Both the position numbers and the translations under genes were made by a program. A stretch of DNA of 59,334 nucleotides, counting the filler, from Myxococcota bacterium (GTDB lineage Bacteria > Myxococcota > Myxococcia > Myxococcales > Myxococcaceae), in assembly GCA_049322255.1 (NCBI GenBank). It is 9 parts of 9 records of this genome, joined end to end, with 100 filler letters (N's around TTAATTAATTAA, not from the genome) between each part and the next. Parts side by side here need not be neighbours in the genome. Positions count along the whole stretch, not along the records: positions 33,939 to 40,298 come from JBMORE010000171.1; positions 40,399 to 46,700 come from JBMORE010000172.1; positions 46,801 to 53,054 come from JBMORE010000173.1; 6 more parts are not named here. One strand, 5' to 3'. Positions 37,942 through 47,053 of this stretch are shown in pieces (the first letter of the stretch is position 1; each line of letters begins with the position of its first letter). Under the pieces are notes generated by a model. That model did not search any database. It was given only the letters and a program-made list of their open reading frames with translations, and was not told where the DNA came from.

Positions 37942-38787
37942 TCAGCGCTCCCCCCATCGAAGCTTCTGGCGAAGAATGGCGAAGTAGTCCATGCGTGGGT
38001 TCTTCACCAGCAAGACCCGGTTGGGCGAACGCTGCACCTCCACCCGGTCGCCGGTGGACAGCGCCAGCCCGGCTTGACCGTCGATGGTCAGATACACGTC
38101 GGCGCTCTCGCTCTTGAGAGTGAGTCGAATGACTTGGTCGCCGGGCACCACCACCGGCCGCTGGGTGAGCGCGTGTGGACAAATGGGGGTGACGATGACG
38201 CAGTCGAGCGAAGGGTGGACGATGGGGCCGCCTGCCGACAGAGAGTATGCGGTCGACCCGGTAGGCGTGGCCACGATGACCCCGTCGGACTTGTAGAGCG
38301 TGACGAGGCGGCCGTCGATCGAGACCTCGTGGTCGGTGATGCGCGCCAGCGCACCCTTGTTGATGACCACGTCGTTGAGCACCTCGTCCTCGAGAATGAC
38401 CTTCCCCTCGCGAATGACCCGGCACGACAGCTTCATCCGCGCATCGAGGCGGGCCGTGCCCGCAAGCACCTCGTCGAGCAGAGAGAACAGGTCGGGCAGC
38501 GGAACCTCGGTCATGAACCCCAGAGAACCCAGGTTGATGCCGAGGATAGGCACCGGGTGCCCCCGCACGAGCCGCGCCGCACGAATCAGGGTGCCGTCAC
38601 CGCCGAGCACAGTCACCAGCTCAGCCCGCTCGACCAACCGCTGCTCGTCGATCTGCTCCCAGCCCAGCTGCTCGGCAAGGTGGCGCTCGGCCAGAAAGGT
38701 GAGCTGGGGGTAGTGCTCGCGAATTTGTTTGGCGACAGGGAGCGCTTCGAGACTGTTGCGCTTGGCGATGAGGGCGATGGTCTGCAT
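37942..38787 (-). CDS. nadK: NAD kinase
   Basis: LGGDGT, GINLG.LGF, LND, DGVIVATPTGSTAYSLSAGGP, ICPH.L..RP. Confidence 0.97.
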   Translation of the reverse strand: MQTIALIAKRNSLEALPVAKQIREHYPQLTFLAERHLAEQLGWEQIDEQRLVERAELVTVLGGDGTLIRAARLVRGHPVPILGINLGSLGFMTEVPLPDLFSLLDEVLAGTARLDARMKLSCRVIREGKVILEDEVLNDVVINKGALARITDHEVSIDGRLVTLYKSDGVIVATPTGSTAYSLSAGGPIVHPSLDCVIVTPICPHALTQRPVVVPGDQVIRLTLKSESADVYLTIDGQAGLALSTGDRVEVQRSPNRVLLVKNPRMDYFAILRQKLRWGER

Positions 38788-38805
38788 GCAAACCTCGAAG
38801 GAGCT

Positions 38806-40104
38806 CTAAAGGCGCTCGAGGACCAGCGGACGAGGCGCCGGAGCCGGCCCCACAAGATATGCCCTCCGCACTCTCCCCTTCACGTCTTCCAGCTTCCCGT
38901 CGTCGTTGTAGTGCACGGTGACCAGTGGCTCGCCCCTCTTCACCGGATCGCCGATTTTCTTGTGCAGCACCAACCCCACTCCGGGGTCGATGACGCCGTC
39001 GACGCGCTCGCGACCAGCGCCCAGGGACATCGCGGAAAGGCCGATGGCTTCGGAGTCGATGGCGCGCACGTCACCCTCTTCTTCGGCCAGCACCTCAGCC
39101 GTGTGCCTGGCGTGTGGCAAAAGCGACCTGTCGCGCACCGCCCGCGCGTCGCCTCCTTGAGCGCGGACGATTTCCTCCAGCTTCCTCAGCGCCGATCCGT
39201 CGTCGATCGCTGCCTGGAGCTTCTTTTTCGCCTCCTCCACGCTGCCCGCCTTCTTCCCCAACACCAGCATCTCGGCGGCCAGCGCCAGCGTCACCTCGGT
39301 CAAGTCCTTGGGCGCCTTCCCTTGCAGCACCCCAATCGCCTCCTCCACCTCCAGGGTGTTGCCCACCGTCTGCCCCAGCGGCTGGTCCATGTCGGTGAGC
39401 AGCGCGACCACCTTTCGCCCCATCGCTTCTCCGATGTCGATCATCGTCCGCGCCAGCATGCGCGCGTCCTCCAGCTTCTTCATGAAGGCGCCCGAGCCGA
39501 CCTTCACGTCGAGCACCAGCGCGTCGACGCCCTCGGCGAGCTTCTTGCTCATGATCGAGCTGGCGATGAGGGGAATGCAGTCGACGGTCGCGGTCACGTC
39601 GCGCAGCGCGTAGAGCTTCTTGTCCGCCGGCGCCAGGGTGGCGGTCTGACCGATGAGACAGGCGCCCACCTCGCGCACCAGCCGCCGGTAGTCGGCGACG
39701 CTCAGGTTCACCTTGAACCCGGGAATCGCCTCCAGCTTGTCCAGGGTGCCGCCGGTGTGCCCCAACCCGCGGCCCGAAATCATCGGCACCGGCACCCCGC
39801 ACGAAGCGGCCAGCGGTGCCAGCGCCAAGGAGACCTTGTCTCCCACCCCGCCGGTGGAGTGCTTGTCCACCTTCACCCCGGGCGTGTCGGAGAGGTCGAG
39901 CACCTCGCCCGACTCGAGCATCGCCTGGGTCCACGCGGCGAGCTCCTCGGGCGTCATTCCCCGGAAGTACACCGCCATGCACATCGCGGCCATCTGGTAG
40001 TCGGGGATGTCCCCCTTTGTATAGCCGGCGATGAAGGCGCGAATGTCACCCACCGACAGCCGTCCTCCGTCCCGCTTGGTCTTGATGAGCTCGTAGGGTC
40101 TCAC
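38806..40104 (-). CDS. pdp: Pyrimidine-nucleoside / thymidine phosphorylase
   Basis: KRDG, DKHSTGGVGDK, SGRGLGHTGGTLDKLE, YALRDVTATV, SIMSKK, LDVK.GSGAFMK. Confidence 0.96.
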   Translation of the reverse strand: MRPYELIKTKRDGGRLSVGDIRAFIAGYTKGDIPDYQMAAMCMAVYFRGMTPEELAAWTQAMLESGEVLDLSDTPGVKVDKHSTGGVGDKVSLALAPLAASCGVPVPMISGRGLGHTGGTLDKLEAIPGFKVNLSVADYRRLVREVGACLIGQTATLAPADKKLYALRDVTATVDCIPLIASSIMSKKLAEGVDALVLDVKVGSGAFMKKLEDARMLARTMIDIGEAMGRKVVALLTDMDQPLGQTVGNTLEVEEAIGVLQGKAPKDLTEVTLALAAEMLVLGKKAGSVEEAKKKLQAAIDDGSALRKLEEIVRAQGGDARAVRDRSLLPHARHTAEVLAEEEGDVRAIDSEAIGLSAMSLGAGRERVDGVIDPGVGLVLHKKIGDPVKRGEPLVTVHYNDDGKLEDVKGRVRRAYLVGPAPAPRPLVLERL

Positions 40105-40298
40105 GCGCGGCACCACGATAGGGCAAACGCCGCGGCTTCGCTCGAACCACCTAGCCTGGTAAATGAGGCGACATGTGCGTCACGAAGTTGCCGTCGACCA
40201 GCGGGAAAACGCCCTGCGATAAGCAGGCGGGCAGGCCCGTCCAGCAAAAGACGCATTGCTGGTACCGAGTCTTGCGTGCAGCGCCATCGCGAGGTGGC

Positions 40299-40398
40299 NN
40301 NNNNNNNNNNNNNNNNNNNNNNNNNNNNNNNNNNNNNNNNNNTTAATTAATTAANNNNNNNNNNNNNNNNNNNNNNNNNNNNNNNNNNNNNNNNNNNN
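40299..40398. other. Artificial contig spacer
   Basis: N44-TTAATTAATTAA-N44. Confidence 0.99.
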
Positions 40399-41014
40399 CA
40401 AGCGGCTCGAGGCGGAAGAGAAGAGGCGTCTGGCCACCGAGGAAAAAGAGCGCAAGCGCTTGGAGGCGGAGCAGGCGAAAGAGGCGGCACGGCTAGCCGC
40501 CGAACAGAAGAAGCAGGAGAAGCAGGCCGCCGAGAATGCCGCGACTGAGCCCACCCGTCGGGCGCTGCAGCCGGGTCAGCCTCCGCCAGTGCAGCGTGAG
40601 AGCGCGGCCGCTCCTCCGCTTCCCACTTCAGCGAGGTACCTCTCCGGGGCCTCCTCGGGGCTTTTGCCCGCCGCCGATCTCAAGCAGGCCCAAGCTGACC
40701 CTCGCTTCCGCGTCCAAGGCATGGTGGAGGACGCCAAGGTCAAAGTCGTCTCGGTGGCGGGCGGTTACCCGTACTTCGGCATTCCCCAGAACGGCTGCTC
40801 GGCGGGCAAGAGCTTTGTGATGGGAGAGCTGCTCGCTCCGTTCGACGGCATGAGCGCGGGCACTGCTTTGGTGCTGCGCATCGAGGATCCCAAGCTGGGA
40901 CCTGCGCGCACCGGCGCCGCGCTCGCCTTTTCAGGCCTGCGCCGGGCGGGGAAGGGTAAGGACGGCACCTTCGTTTATTGCGGAAAGGGGACGGCCTTCC
41001 CGGTCCGCAGGTAG
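40399..41014 (+). CDS. Hypothetical protein, C-terminal fragment (charged coiled coil plus small domain)
   Basis: Open frame from the contig edge with an E/K/A-rich helix, then a domain with two Cys. Confidence 0.65.
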
Positions 41015-41074
41015 GCGCCGGTAAGGTTGCGGTCTTCCCGCGGGGGCGCGATAACCAAGCCGGGTCGCACCCAA

Positions 41075-41539
41075 ATGCTCAATATCGGCGCGGGCGAAAT
41101 CGTTCTCATCCTGGCGGTGGCTCTGCTCATCCTCGGCCCCAAGCGGCTGCCCGAGCTGGCGCGGGGCATCGGGAAGTTTTTGCGCGAATTTCGCCGGCAG
41201 ACCGACGAGGTGCGTTCGGTGGTGGAGCGCGAGTTCTACCGCATGGATCAGGAGATCGAAGCTTCGCCCACGCCAGCGCTCCCTAAGGAGTCAGTGCCCG
41301 CCCAAGCGACGGCCGCCTCCAAGCCGGAGGAGCCCCCAGCCTCAGAGGTGACTGCTCCCCTCGTTGCATCGTCCCCCGTAGCGGCAGAGGGCGGAGGCGA
41401 CCTCTACTTCGACGAGAAGGACTACCCCCACGCCGGGGAGGAGACCGAGCTGGAGCCGAGTCCCCAACAGGCTGCCGCCGCGCCGTCCGCTCCGCAGCCC
41501 GCCCCACCAGCCGGCGAGCCCAAGGACAAGTCCGCTTAA
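41075..41539 (+). CDS. tatB: Twin-arginine translocase TatB (TatA/B family)
   Basis: NIG.GEI..I..VALL.LGPKRLP..AR.IGK; directly upstream of tatC. Confidence 0.85.
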   Translation: MLNIGAGEIVLILAVALLILGPKRLPELARGIGKFLREFRRQTDEVRSVVEREFYRMDQEIEASPTPALPKESVPAQATAASKPEEPPASEVTAPLVASSPVAAEGGGDLYFDEKDYPHAGEETELEPSPQQAAAAPSAPQPAPPAGEPKDKSA

Positions 41540-41551
41540 GGTCCATCGACG

Positions 41552-42826
41552 ATGGCTCCCGCAACCGTCACCGCCGCCACGCCAGCGCCCGAAGGCGAGG
41601 AGGGACGCATGTCGCTCGGCGAGCACCTGACCGAGCTTCGCGCGCGGCTTTTGCGATGCACGCTGTCGGTGCTGGTGCTGGGCACCGCCTCGCTCATCTT
41701 CGCCAAGACCCTCTACGGCTTGTTGATGCGGCCGGTGCTGATGGCGCTGCCGCCCGAGTCGAGCGCGCTCGTGTACACGTCGGCGATCGAAGAGATCAAC
41801 GTGTTCATGAAGGTAGGCATCTACTGCGGCGTGTTTCTCACCACGCCAGTCATTCTCTGGCAGCTGTGGGGCTTCGTCTCTCCAGGGTTGTACGCGGCGG
41901 AACGGCGGCTGGCGGGCCCCTTCGTCGTCCTGGGCTCGTTGGCCTTCCTGGGCGGGTTGGCCTTCGCCTACTTCGTGGTGCTGCCGGGGATGTTCCAGTT
42001 CCTTTTGCGTGAGGAGTCGTCGGTTGCGCTCGAGGCCCGGCTTGACGCTGCCCGCCTACGCGAGCAAGACGCGCTGCGCTTCTTGCGGCTGGGGGACCTC
42101 GAACGTGCGGGGAAGCTCGCCGAAAAGGCGACCGACGAGCTGTCGGCAGACGGGGAGGGCCAGGCCAGCTCGGCGGAAGGGGACATGGGGGTGACGCTCG
42201 TTCCGAAACGCGCGGTGGAGGTGGTGGCGCGGCTGGAAGGTTTGGGTCGGCTGGTGGACGCCTCGTCGCAGGGGCTGGGCGGCGCCGCGCGGCCCGTGCT
42301 CGCGCAGGTGATGGACAAACGTGTCGAGGCGATCGCGGCCTTCGAAAAGCGAGATCTAGAGAAGGCGGAGACGCTCGTCGAGGAGGCGGCGCGGATGCTG
42401 GCGGGGGTGGCTCCCGAGCACACCGCGGAGCTCGACCACCTGTGGCGGCTGGAGAAAGACCTGGGGCTGGGCAAGGCGCGCTACGAGGCGCTCAACTGGA
42501 CCCGGCCGATGCTCTCGATGCAGCAGCAGCTCACCCTGGTGCTGGTGCTCCTGCTCGCCTTCGGGGTCATCTTCGAGCTGCCACTGGTGATGGCAGTCTT
42601 GGGCATGGCCGGGCTGGTGAAGTCCAAGTGGTTGTTCAAGTACCAGCGGCACGCCTTCGTGGTGTGCCTCATTCTCGCGGCGATCATCACTCCCACCGGA
42701 GACGTGGTGAACCTCTCGCTGATGGCCGGCCCGATGCTCGCCTGCTACGAGCTGGGGGTGCTCGCCGTGTGGGTCATCGAGAAGCGGCGGGGCAAGGCAC
42801 AGACCGCCATCGCCCCCGTGTCTTGA
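41552..42826 (+). CDS. tatC: Twin-arginine translocase TatC with large periplasmic insertion
   Basis: MSL.EHL.ELR.RL, WGFVSPGLY..E, FGVIFELP, AAIITP.GD, LACYE. 424 aa versus the usual ~250. Confidence 0.93.
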   Translation: MAPATVTAATPAPEGEEGRMSLGEHLTELRARLLRCTLSVLVLGTASLIFAKTLYGLLMRPVLMALPPESSALVYTSAIEEINVFMKVGIYCGVFLTTPVILWQLWGFVSPGLYAAERRLAGPFVVLGSLAFLGGLAFAYFVVLPGMFQFLLREESSVALEARLDAARLREQDALRFLRLGDLERAGKLAEKATDELSADGEGQASSAEGDMGVTLVPKRAVEVVARLEGLGRLVDASSQGLGGAARPVLAQVMDKRVEAIAAFEKRDLEKAETLVEEAARMLAGVAPEHTAELDHLWRLEKDLGLGKARYEALNWTRPMLSMQQQLTLVLVLLLAFGVIFELPLVMAVLGMAGLVKSKWLFKYQRHAFVVCLILAAIITPTGDVVNLSLMAGPMLACYELGVLAVWVIEKRRGKAQTAIAPVS

Positions 42827-42973
42827 GGTCGAACTCGAAGTCCACGTACCTGGCAGTCGCCAGCAAAGGCTTCTGTGAAGACTACGTCGCGTTTTCCGCT
42901 ACCTATACTGCACAGAAGCGTCACGCTGTGCGCAGAGGCCGAAGGCGCGTGCCTGTGGTAATGAAGGCGCCTC

Positions 42974-44038
42974 ATGACTCGCCCGCGGCGCCGGTTGGGC
43001 GCGCACCTGCGTTACCTGTTCGCCCTGCTCAAGCGGTTTCGGTTGACGGCGGTCTTGGTAGCGGTGCTCTTCGGGCTCATCCCCTTGCTCTACGTGTTCT
43101 TGTACGAGGGGCCTGCCGGTGAGCGCGTTCGGTTCGGGCACGCGCTGCACCACGTTTACTTCTTGCTCATGGGCGAGCCGACGCTGCCTTACGTCGACAA
43201 CCTGCTGCTCGAATTTGTCACCATGCTCATTCCCCCGGTGGGGATCGCGGTCGTTCTCGACGGCGTGGTGCGCTTCGCCTACCTGTATTTCGCCAAGCAC
43301 CGAAGCGACAAGGAGTGGATTGAGGTGATTAGCCAGACCTTGAAGGACCACGTCGTCGTCTGCGGCGCGGGGAGAGTGGGATACCGGGTCGCCAGCCAGC
43401 TGCTCGATTTGGGACGGGAGCTGGTGGTGATCGAGAAGAACGAGAAGGCGCCCTTCGTGACGGTGCTACGCGATTTGGGAGTGCCGGTGCTCATCGAAGA
43501 CGTGCGCACGGCGAGAAACCTCGAGCGGGTGAACGTGGCGAGCGCCGCGGCGCTGGTGTGCGCCACCGACGACGACTTGGCCAACTTGAACATCGCGCTC
43601 GATGCCCGGCGGGCGAACCCCGACATCCGGGTGGTGATTCGCCTCTTCGATGACGACTTGGTCGCCCGGGTGCGCGAGACGTTTCAGGCCGAGGCGTTCT
43701 CCACCTCCAACCTGGCGGCCCCGGCGCTGGCGCTGGCGGCGCTCGACCCGCGCATCGTGCACTCCTTCACCGTGGGCAAGCATTTGATGGTCGTCTCGCC
43801 CTTCGAAGGCAAGGGCGGTCTGGTCGGCATGACGCTCACCCAGGTGCGCGATCAGTTCGGGGGGGTGACTCTCTCGATTCGCCGCCGGGGAGGCGTCGAT
43901 GAGGTGCACCCTCAAGGGGCGACGAAGGTCGCCGAGGGAGACCTGCTCACGGTGCAGAGCCTGTACGACGACTACTTGAAGCTGCGTCAGTTCACCGGCG
44001 AAGCCGTTCCCCCGCTGTACGGCAAAGAGGTGGCGTGA
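42974..44038 (+). CDS. TrkA/RCK-domain potassium channel-like protein
   Basis: Two TM segments, HVVVCGAGRVG, ATDDD..NL..AL.AR..NP, C-terminal RCK_C. No GYG filter visible. Confidence 0.85.
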   Translation: MTRPRRRLGAHLRYLFALLKRFRLTAVLVAVLFGLIPLLYVFLYEGPAGERVRFGHALHHVYFLLMGEPTLPYVDNLLLEFVTMLIPPVGIAVVLDGVVRFAYLYFAKHRSDKEWIEVISQTLKDHVVVCGAGRVGYRVASQLLDLGRELVVIEKNEKAPFVTVLRDLGVPVLIEDVRTARNLERVNVASAAALVCATDDDLANLNIALDARRANPDIRVVIRLFDDDLVARVRETFQAEAFSTSNLAAPALALAALDPRIVHSFTVGKHLMVVSPFEGKGGLVGMTLTQVRDQFGGVTLSIRRRGGVDEVHPQGATKVAEGDLLTVQSLYDDYLKLRQFTGEAVPPLYGKEVA

Positions 44039-44040
44039 CG

Positions 44041-45096
44041 ATGGCGCGCATCGCGGTGATTCCCGGAGACGGAGCGGGCATCGAAGTCGCCAAGGAAGCG
44101 GTGAAGCTGCTCGAGGTCCTCAACTCCGCGCGCAAACTTTCGCTCGAGCTGGTGCCCTTCGACTTCGGCGCCGAGCGCTACTTGAAGACCGGGGTGGGTC
44201 TGCCGCCTGGGCAGCTGGAAGACTTCCGCCAAAACTACGACGCCATTCTCTTCGGTGCGGTGGGCGACCCGCGGGTCAAAGACCAAGCGCATGCGCGCGA
44301 AATTCTCCTCGGCTTACGCTTCGGGCTGGACCTGTACGTCAACCTCCGCCCGTGCACGTTGCTGGCCGACGCTCTCTCGCCGCTCAAGGGCAAGGGGACG
44401 AAGGAGATCGACTTCGTCGTGTTCCGCGAGAACACCGAGGGCATGTACAACGCCATCGGCGGCGTCTTGAAGAAGGGCACCGCCGACGAGGTGGCGATCG
44501 CCGAGGAGATCAATACCCGCAAAGGTGTCGAGCGCATCATCCGCGCCGCGTTCGCTTGGGCGAAGAAGCACGGCAAGAAGCGGGTGGCGCTGGCGGACAA
44601 GTCGAACGCCATTGGCGCGCACGAGCTGTGGACGCGTACCTTCCGGGAGGTCGCCGCCGAGCACCCGGACATCACCGCCAAGCATTTCTACGTCGACGCG
44701 CTGGCGATGCAGCTGGTGCTTTCCCCCGAGGCGTTCGACGTCATCGTCACCACCAATCTTTTTGGCGACATTCTCACCGACCTGGGTGCGGCGCTCACCG
44801 GGGGTCTGGGCATGGCGGCGTCGGCGAATCTGAACCCCGATTCCACTCCGTTGTTCGAGCCGGTGCACGGTTCGGCACCGGACATCGCAGGCAAGGGAAT
44901 CGTCAACCCGTTCGCCATGCTGCTCACCACGGCGATGATGCTCGAGGAGTTGGGGAACAGCTCGGAGGCCGCGCTGGTACGAGATGCGGTGCGAGAGGCG
45001 GTACAAGCAGGGGAGGGGACGCGCGACATCGGCGGAAAGCTCTCGACCGTCGCCGCCGCCGACGGGGTCATCGCCCGGGTAAAGCGTCAGCTCTGA
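44041..45096 (+). CDS. leuB: 3-isopropylmalate dehydrogenase (isocitrate/isopropylmalate DH family)
   Basis: IPGDG.G.EV, GAVGDP, NLRP, RENTEG.Y, DKSN, NLFGDILTD, FEPVHGSAPDIAG. Substrate not certain. Confidence 0.8.
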   Translation: MARIAVIPGDGAGIEVAKEAVKLLEVLNSARKLSLELVPFDFGAERYLKTGVGLPPGQLEDFRQNYDAILFGAVGDPRVKDQAHAREILLGLRFGLDLYVNLRPCTLLADALSPLKGKGTKEIDFVVFRENTEGMYNAIGGVLKKGTADEVAIAEEINTRKGVERIIRAAFAWAKKHGKKRVALADKSNAIGAHELWTRTFREVAAEHPDITAKHFYVDALAMQLVLSPEAFDVIVTTNLFGDILTDLGAALTGGLGMAASANLNPDSTPLFEPVHGSAPDIAGKGIVNPFAMLLTTAMMLEELGNSSEAALVRDAVREAVQAGEGTRDIGGKLSTVAAADGVIARVKRQL

Positions 45097-45108
45097 GGGT
45101 TCCTCGAG

Positions 45109-45636
45109 ATGAACCACCGAGTCTGCCCGGGTTGTCAGAGCGCGATGCAGGTGTTCCATGCCAGGGGCGTGGAGATCGACCGCTGCGGTTTCTGCGGAGG
45201 CCTCTGGTTCGACGGCGGCGAGTTGGAGCGGGTGTTGAAGGCTCCCTTGCCGTTCGAGCGATTGCCCGGAGCGACCTCGCGGCGGTGCGCCAGCTGTACG
45301 ACGACGCTCGAGCCGATGGTGCTTCGCGGTGTGCCCATGGATGTGTGCGCCAGCTGCCTGAGCGTCTATCTCGACGAGGGCGAGCTCGACGAGCTGGCTG
45401 GGCGGCGGGTCCCATTGCACCGTGCTGCCATGTCCCAGGAAAAGGAAGTCACTTTCCGTTGTCCCGGCTGTGGCGAGGACAAGCCGGCGTACGTGGGAAC
45501 TCTCACCCGAAACGGGATGGCGTGTGTGAACTGCTTCGGGGCACTGGGGGACACCCACCCGCGCCACGTGAGGCCCAAAGCTGCGCTCGATGAGCACGAC
45601 CTCATCAATGCCATAGACTTGCTCGTCGAGAGCTGA
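45109..45636 (+). CDS. zf-TFIIB-like multi-zinc-ribbon protein
   Basis: CPGC...IDRC..CGGLWFD.GEL repeated twice, plus a third CxxC pair. Confidence 0.85.
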   Translation: MNHRVCPGCQSAMQVFHARGVEIDRCGFCGGLWFDGGELERVLKAPLPFERLPGATSRRCASCTTTLEPMVLRGVPMDVCASCLSVYLDEGELDELAGRRVPLHRAAMSQEKEVTFRCPGCGEDKPAYVGTLTRNGMACVNCFGALGDTHPRHVRPKAALDEHDLINAIDLLVES

Positions 45637-45670
45637 GGCATTTTTACGGCAGGTGACGTAGGTCGAGATT

Positions 45671-46183
45671 CTAGTCGCTCATCCAAACACTCATGAACGC
45701 ATTGGTTTTGGAGTCCCACCAGGCAAACTGGTTTGCGCTCTCGCAGGTGAAGATGTCCAGGCCTGAATTCACGAGCGACAGCTTGGCTGGTTCGTCGGCC
45801 TTGCACGTCCAATAGCCCCTTCCACAGGCCGTGTCGTAAGTGCCGGGGCCTGCAGCCGCGATGCCCATGTCGTGCCCGCCATCCGAGTGGTCGAACTCGA
45901 CCACAAGCAGGGGCTTCTTCTTCGAGGTCAACCACACCCACACGCCAAGACCTTGGCCATTCTGTTTTGAGAGAAGTCTGGCGGTGTCTTCTTTCTTGTC
46001 GCCGTCGAAGTCCGCTTTGGCGGTCATCAAGTCGCTGTTCTTGCGGTCGCATCCGCTTTCTTTCACAGGCTGAGCAAGTTTCCAGCCACGAGGAAGTCGA
46101 GAGCCCTCACGCGGTGGTGCAGCATCGGGGCCCGCGGCGCAGAGCACCAGCGTGGCTGTGGTGAGAATGCGATATCCAGTCAC
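45671..46183 (-). CDS. Hypothetical secreted protein with a DFDGD (FG-GAP-like Ca-binding) motif
   Basis: AGGAGG RBS before GTG at 46183; ADFDGDKKEDTA; ends VWMSD. Confidence 0.7.
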   Translation of the reverse strand: MTGYRILTTATLVLCAAGPDAAPPREGSRLPRGWKLAQPVKESGCDRKNSDLMTAKADFDGDKKEDTARLLSKQNGQGLGVWVWLTSKKKPLLVVEFDHSDGGHDMGIAAAGPGTYDTACGRGYWTCKADEPAKLSLVNSGLDIFTCESANQFAWWDSKTNAFMSVWMSD

Positions 46184-46191
46184 CGAGCCTC

Positions 46192-46700
46192 CTATGGCAG
46201 CGAACCACCCACTGCCAGTACCGCTCCCTGGGAGTGAACGACCACCGACACCTGGGCCGGAGAAGCACTCAGACCGAGCACGGTGGAGAGCACCAAAAGC
46301 CCCGCACCTGCTCCGATGCCAATCCATCCGCCCAGCTGTTTGAGCTCGCCTTGACGCGCCGTCTGCTCTACTTGTTGCACGGAGAGGGAGGCGTCCTTTT
46401 TAAGAGTGTTCGCGTCTAATTGGGAGAGCACCAACGCTGTTGCTCCGGCGGCGGTGAGGACTCCTCCGCTCACCCCCAAGAAGAGCGGAGCGCGTGACGG
46501 CTTGGACGCGCTCTGGTGGACCGATGGCGTGACGTTCGCCGCCGTCGTCGTGGTGGTTTTGCTGGTCTTGACTGGCTTGGTCGGTTTCACCAGCGGCTCG
46601 TCGTTCGGCTGCCGGGGCGCATTCAAGGCGAACGCGATCTTCCCTTCTCCCCGCACCTGCATGACGACGATTTCCTCGAGCTTTTGTCCGTCCGCGGTTT
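46192..46700 (-). CDS. C-terminal fragment of a PEGA-type surface/membrane protein
   Basis: Two Gly-rich hydrophobic helices and a terminal beta-hairpin, the same pattern as 58707-59334. 5' truncated. Confidence 0.6.
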
Positions 46701-46800
46701 NNNNNNNNNNNNNNNNNNNNNNNNNNNNNNNNNNNNNNNNNNNNTTAATTAATTAANNNNNNNNNNNNNNNNNNNNNNNNNNNNNNNNNNNNNNNNNNNN
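46701..46800. other. Artificial contig spacer
   Basis: N44-TTAATTAATTAA-N44. Confidence 0.99.
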
Positions 46801-46824
46801 CGGTTCATCGCGACTCTCCAAGGC

Positions 46825-46873
46825 AAAAACGTCAAAGTCCCACACCCCTTATCTGCACAAGGAGCCGTGGGAC
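46825..46873 (-). terminator. Intrinsic-terminator-like hairpin (riboswitch expression platform)
   Basis: Minus strand GUCCCAC-GGCUCCUU-loop-AAGGGGU-GUGGGAC followed by UUUGACGUUUUU, upstream of a GGAGAG RBS and ATG at 46808. Confidence 0.65.
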
Positions 46874-46887
46874 CTTCCGAAGAACCG

Positions 46888-46990
46888 CTTCACCCACCCA
46901 CGGCAACCACGGCCGGCCGTGCATCAGGCCCCGCGGATTTGCGCACCCGGGCTTTCACCCGGGATTGCCCTTGTACAGGCTGGGTGAAAG
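46888..46990 (-). ncRNA. Cyclic-di-GMP-I (GEMM-I) riboswitch
   Basis: Minus strand ACAAGGGCAAU-CCCGGGU-GAAA-GCCCGGG-UGCGCAAA-UCCGCGGGGCCUGA..ACGGCC-GG-CCGUGG-UUGCCG. Shows P2 with GAAA tetraloop, GCAAA junction, P3 with receptor-like CCUGA/ACGG, and flanking UUCACCCA/UGGGUGAA pairing. Confidence 0.82.
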
Positions 46991-47053
46991 TCTAAAGGCC
47001 TCCACAGCGACGGTCAACCTGCTTGCTCATCGGACGAGTGGCCGCCCCGTTGG

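Noticed and set aside
40117..40298. Open frames at the end of contig 6
   Set aside because: Short, two competing frames, no recognisable motif; cannot be supported as a gene.
36985..40350. 1121-aa plus-strand ORF (and many other long overlapping ORFs)
   Set aside because: Antisense shadow of pdp, nadK and the lipoprotein, caused by high-GC codon bias; no motifs.
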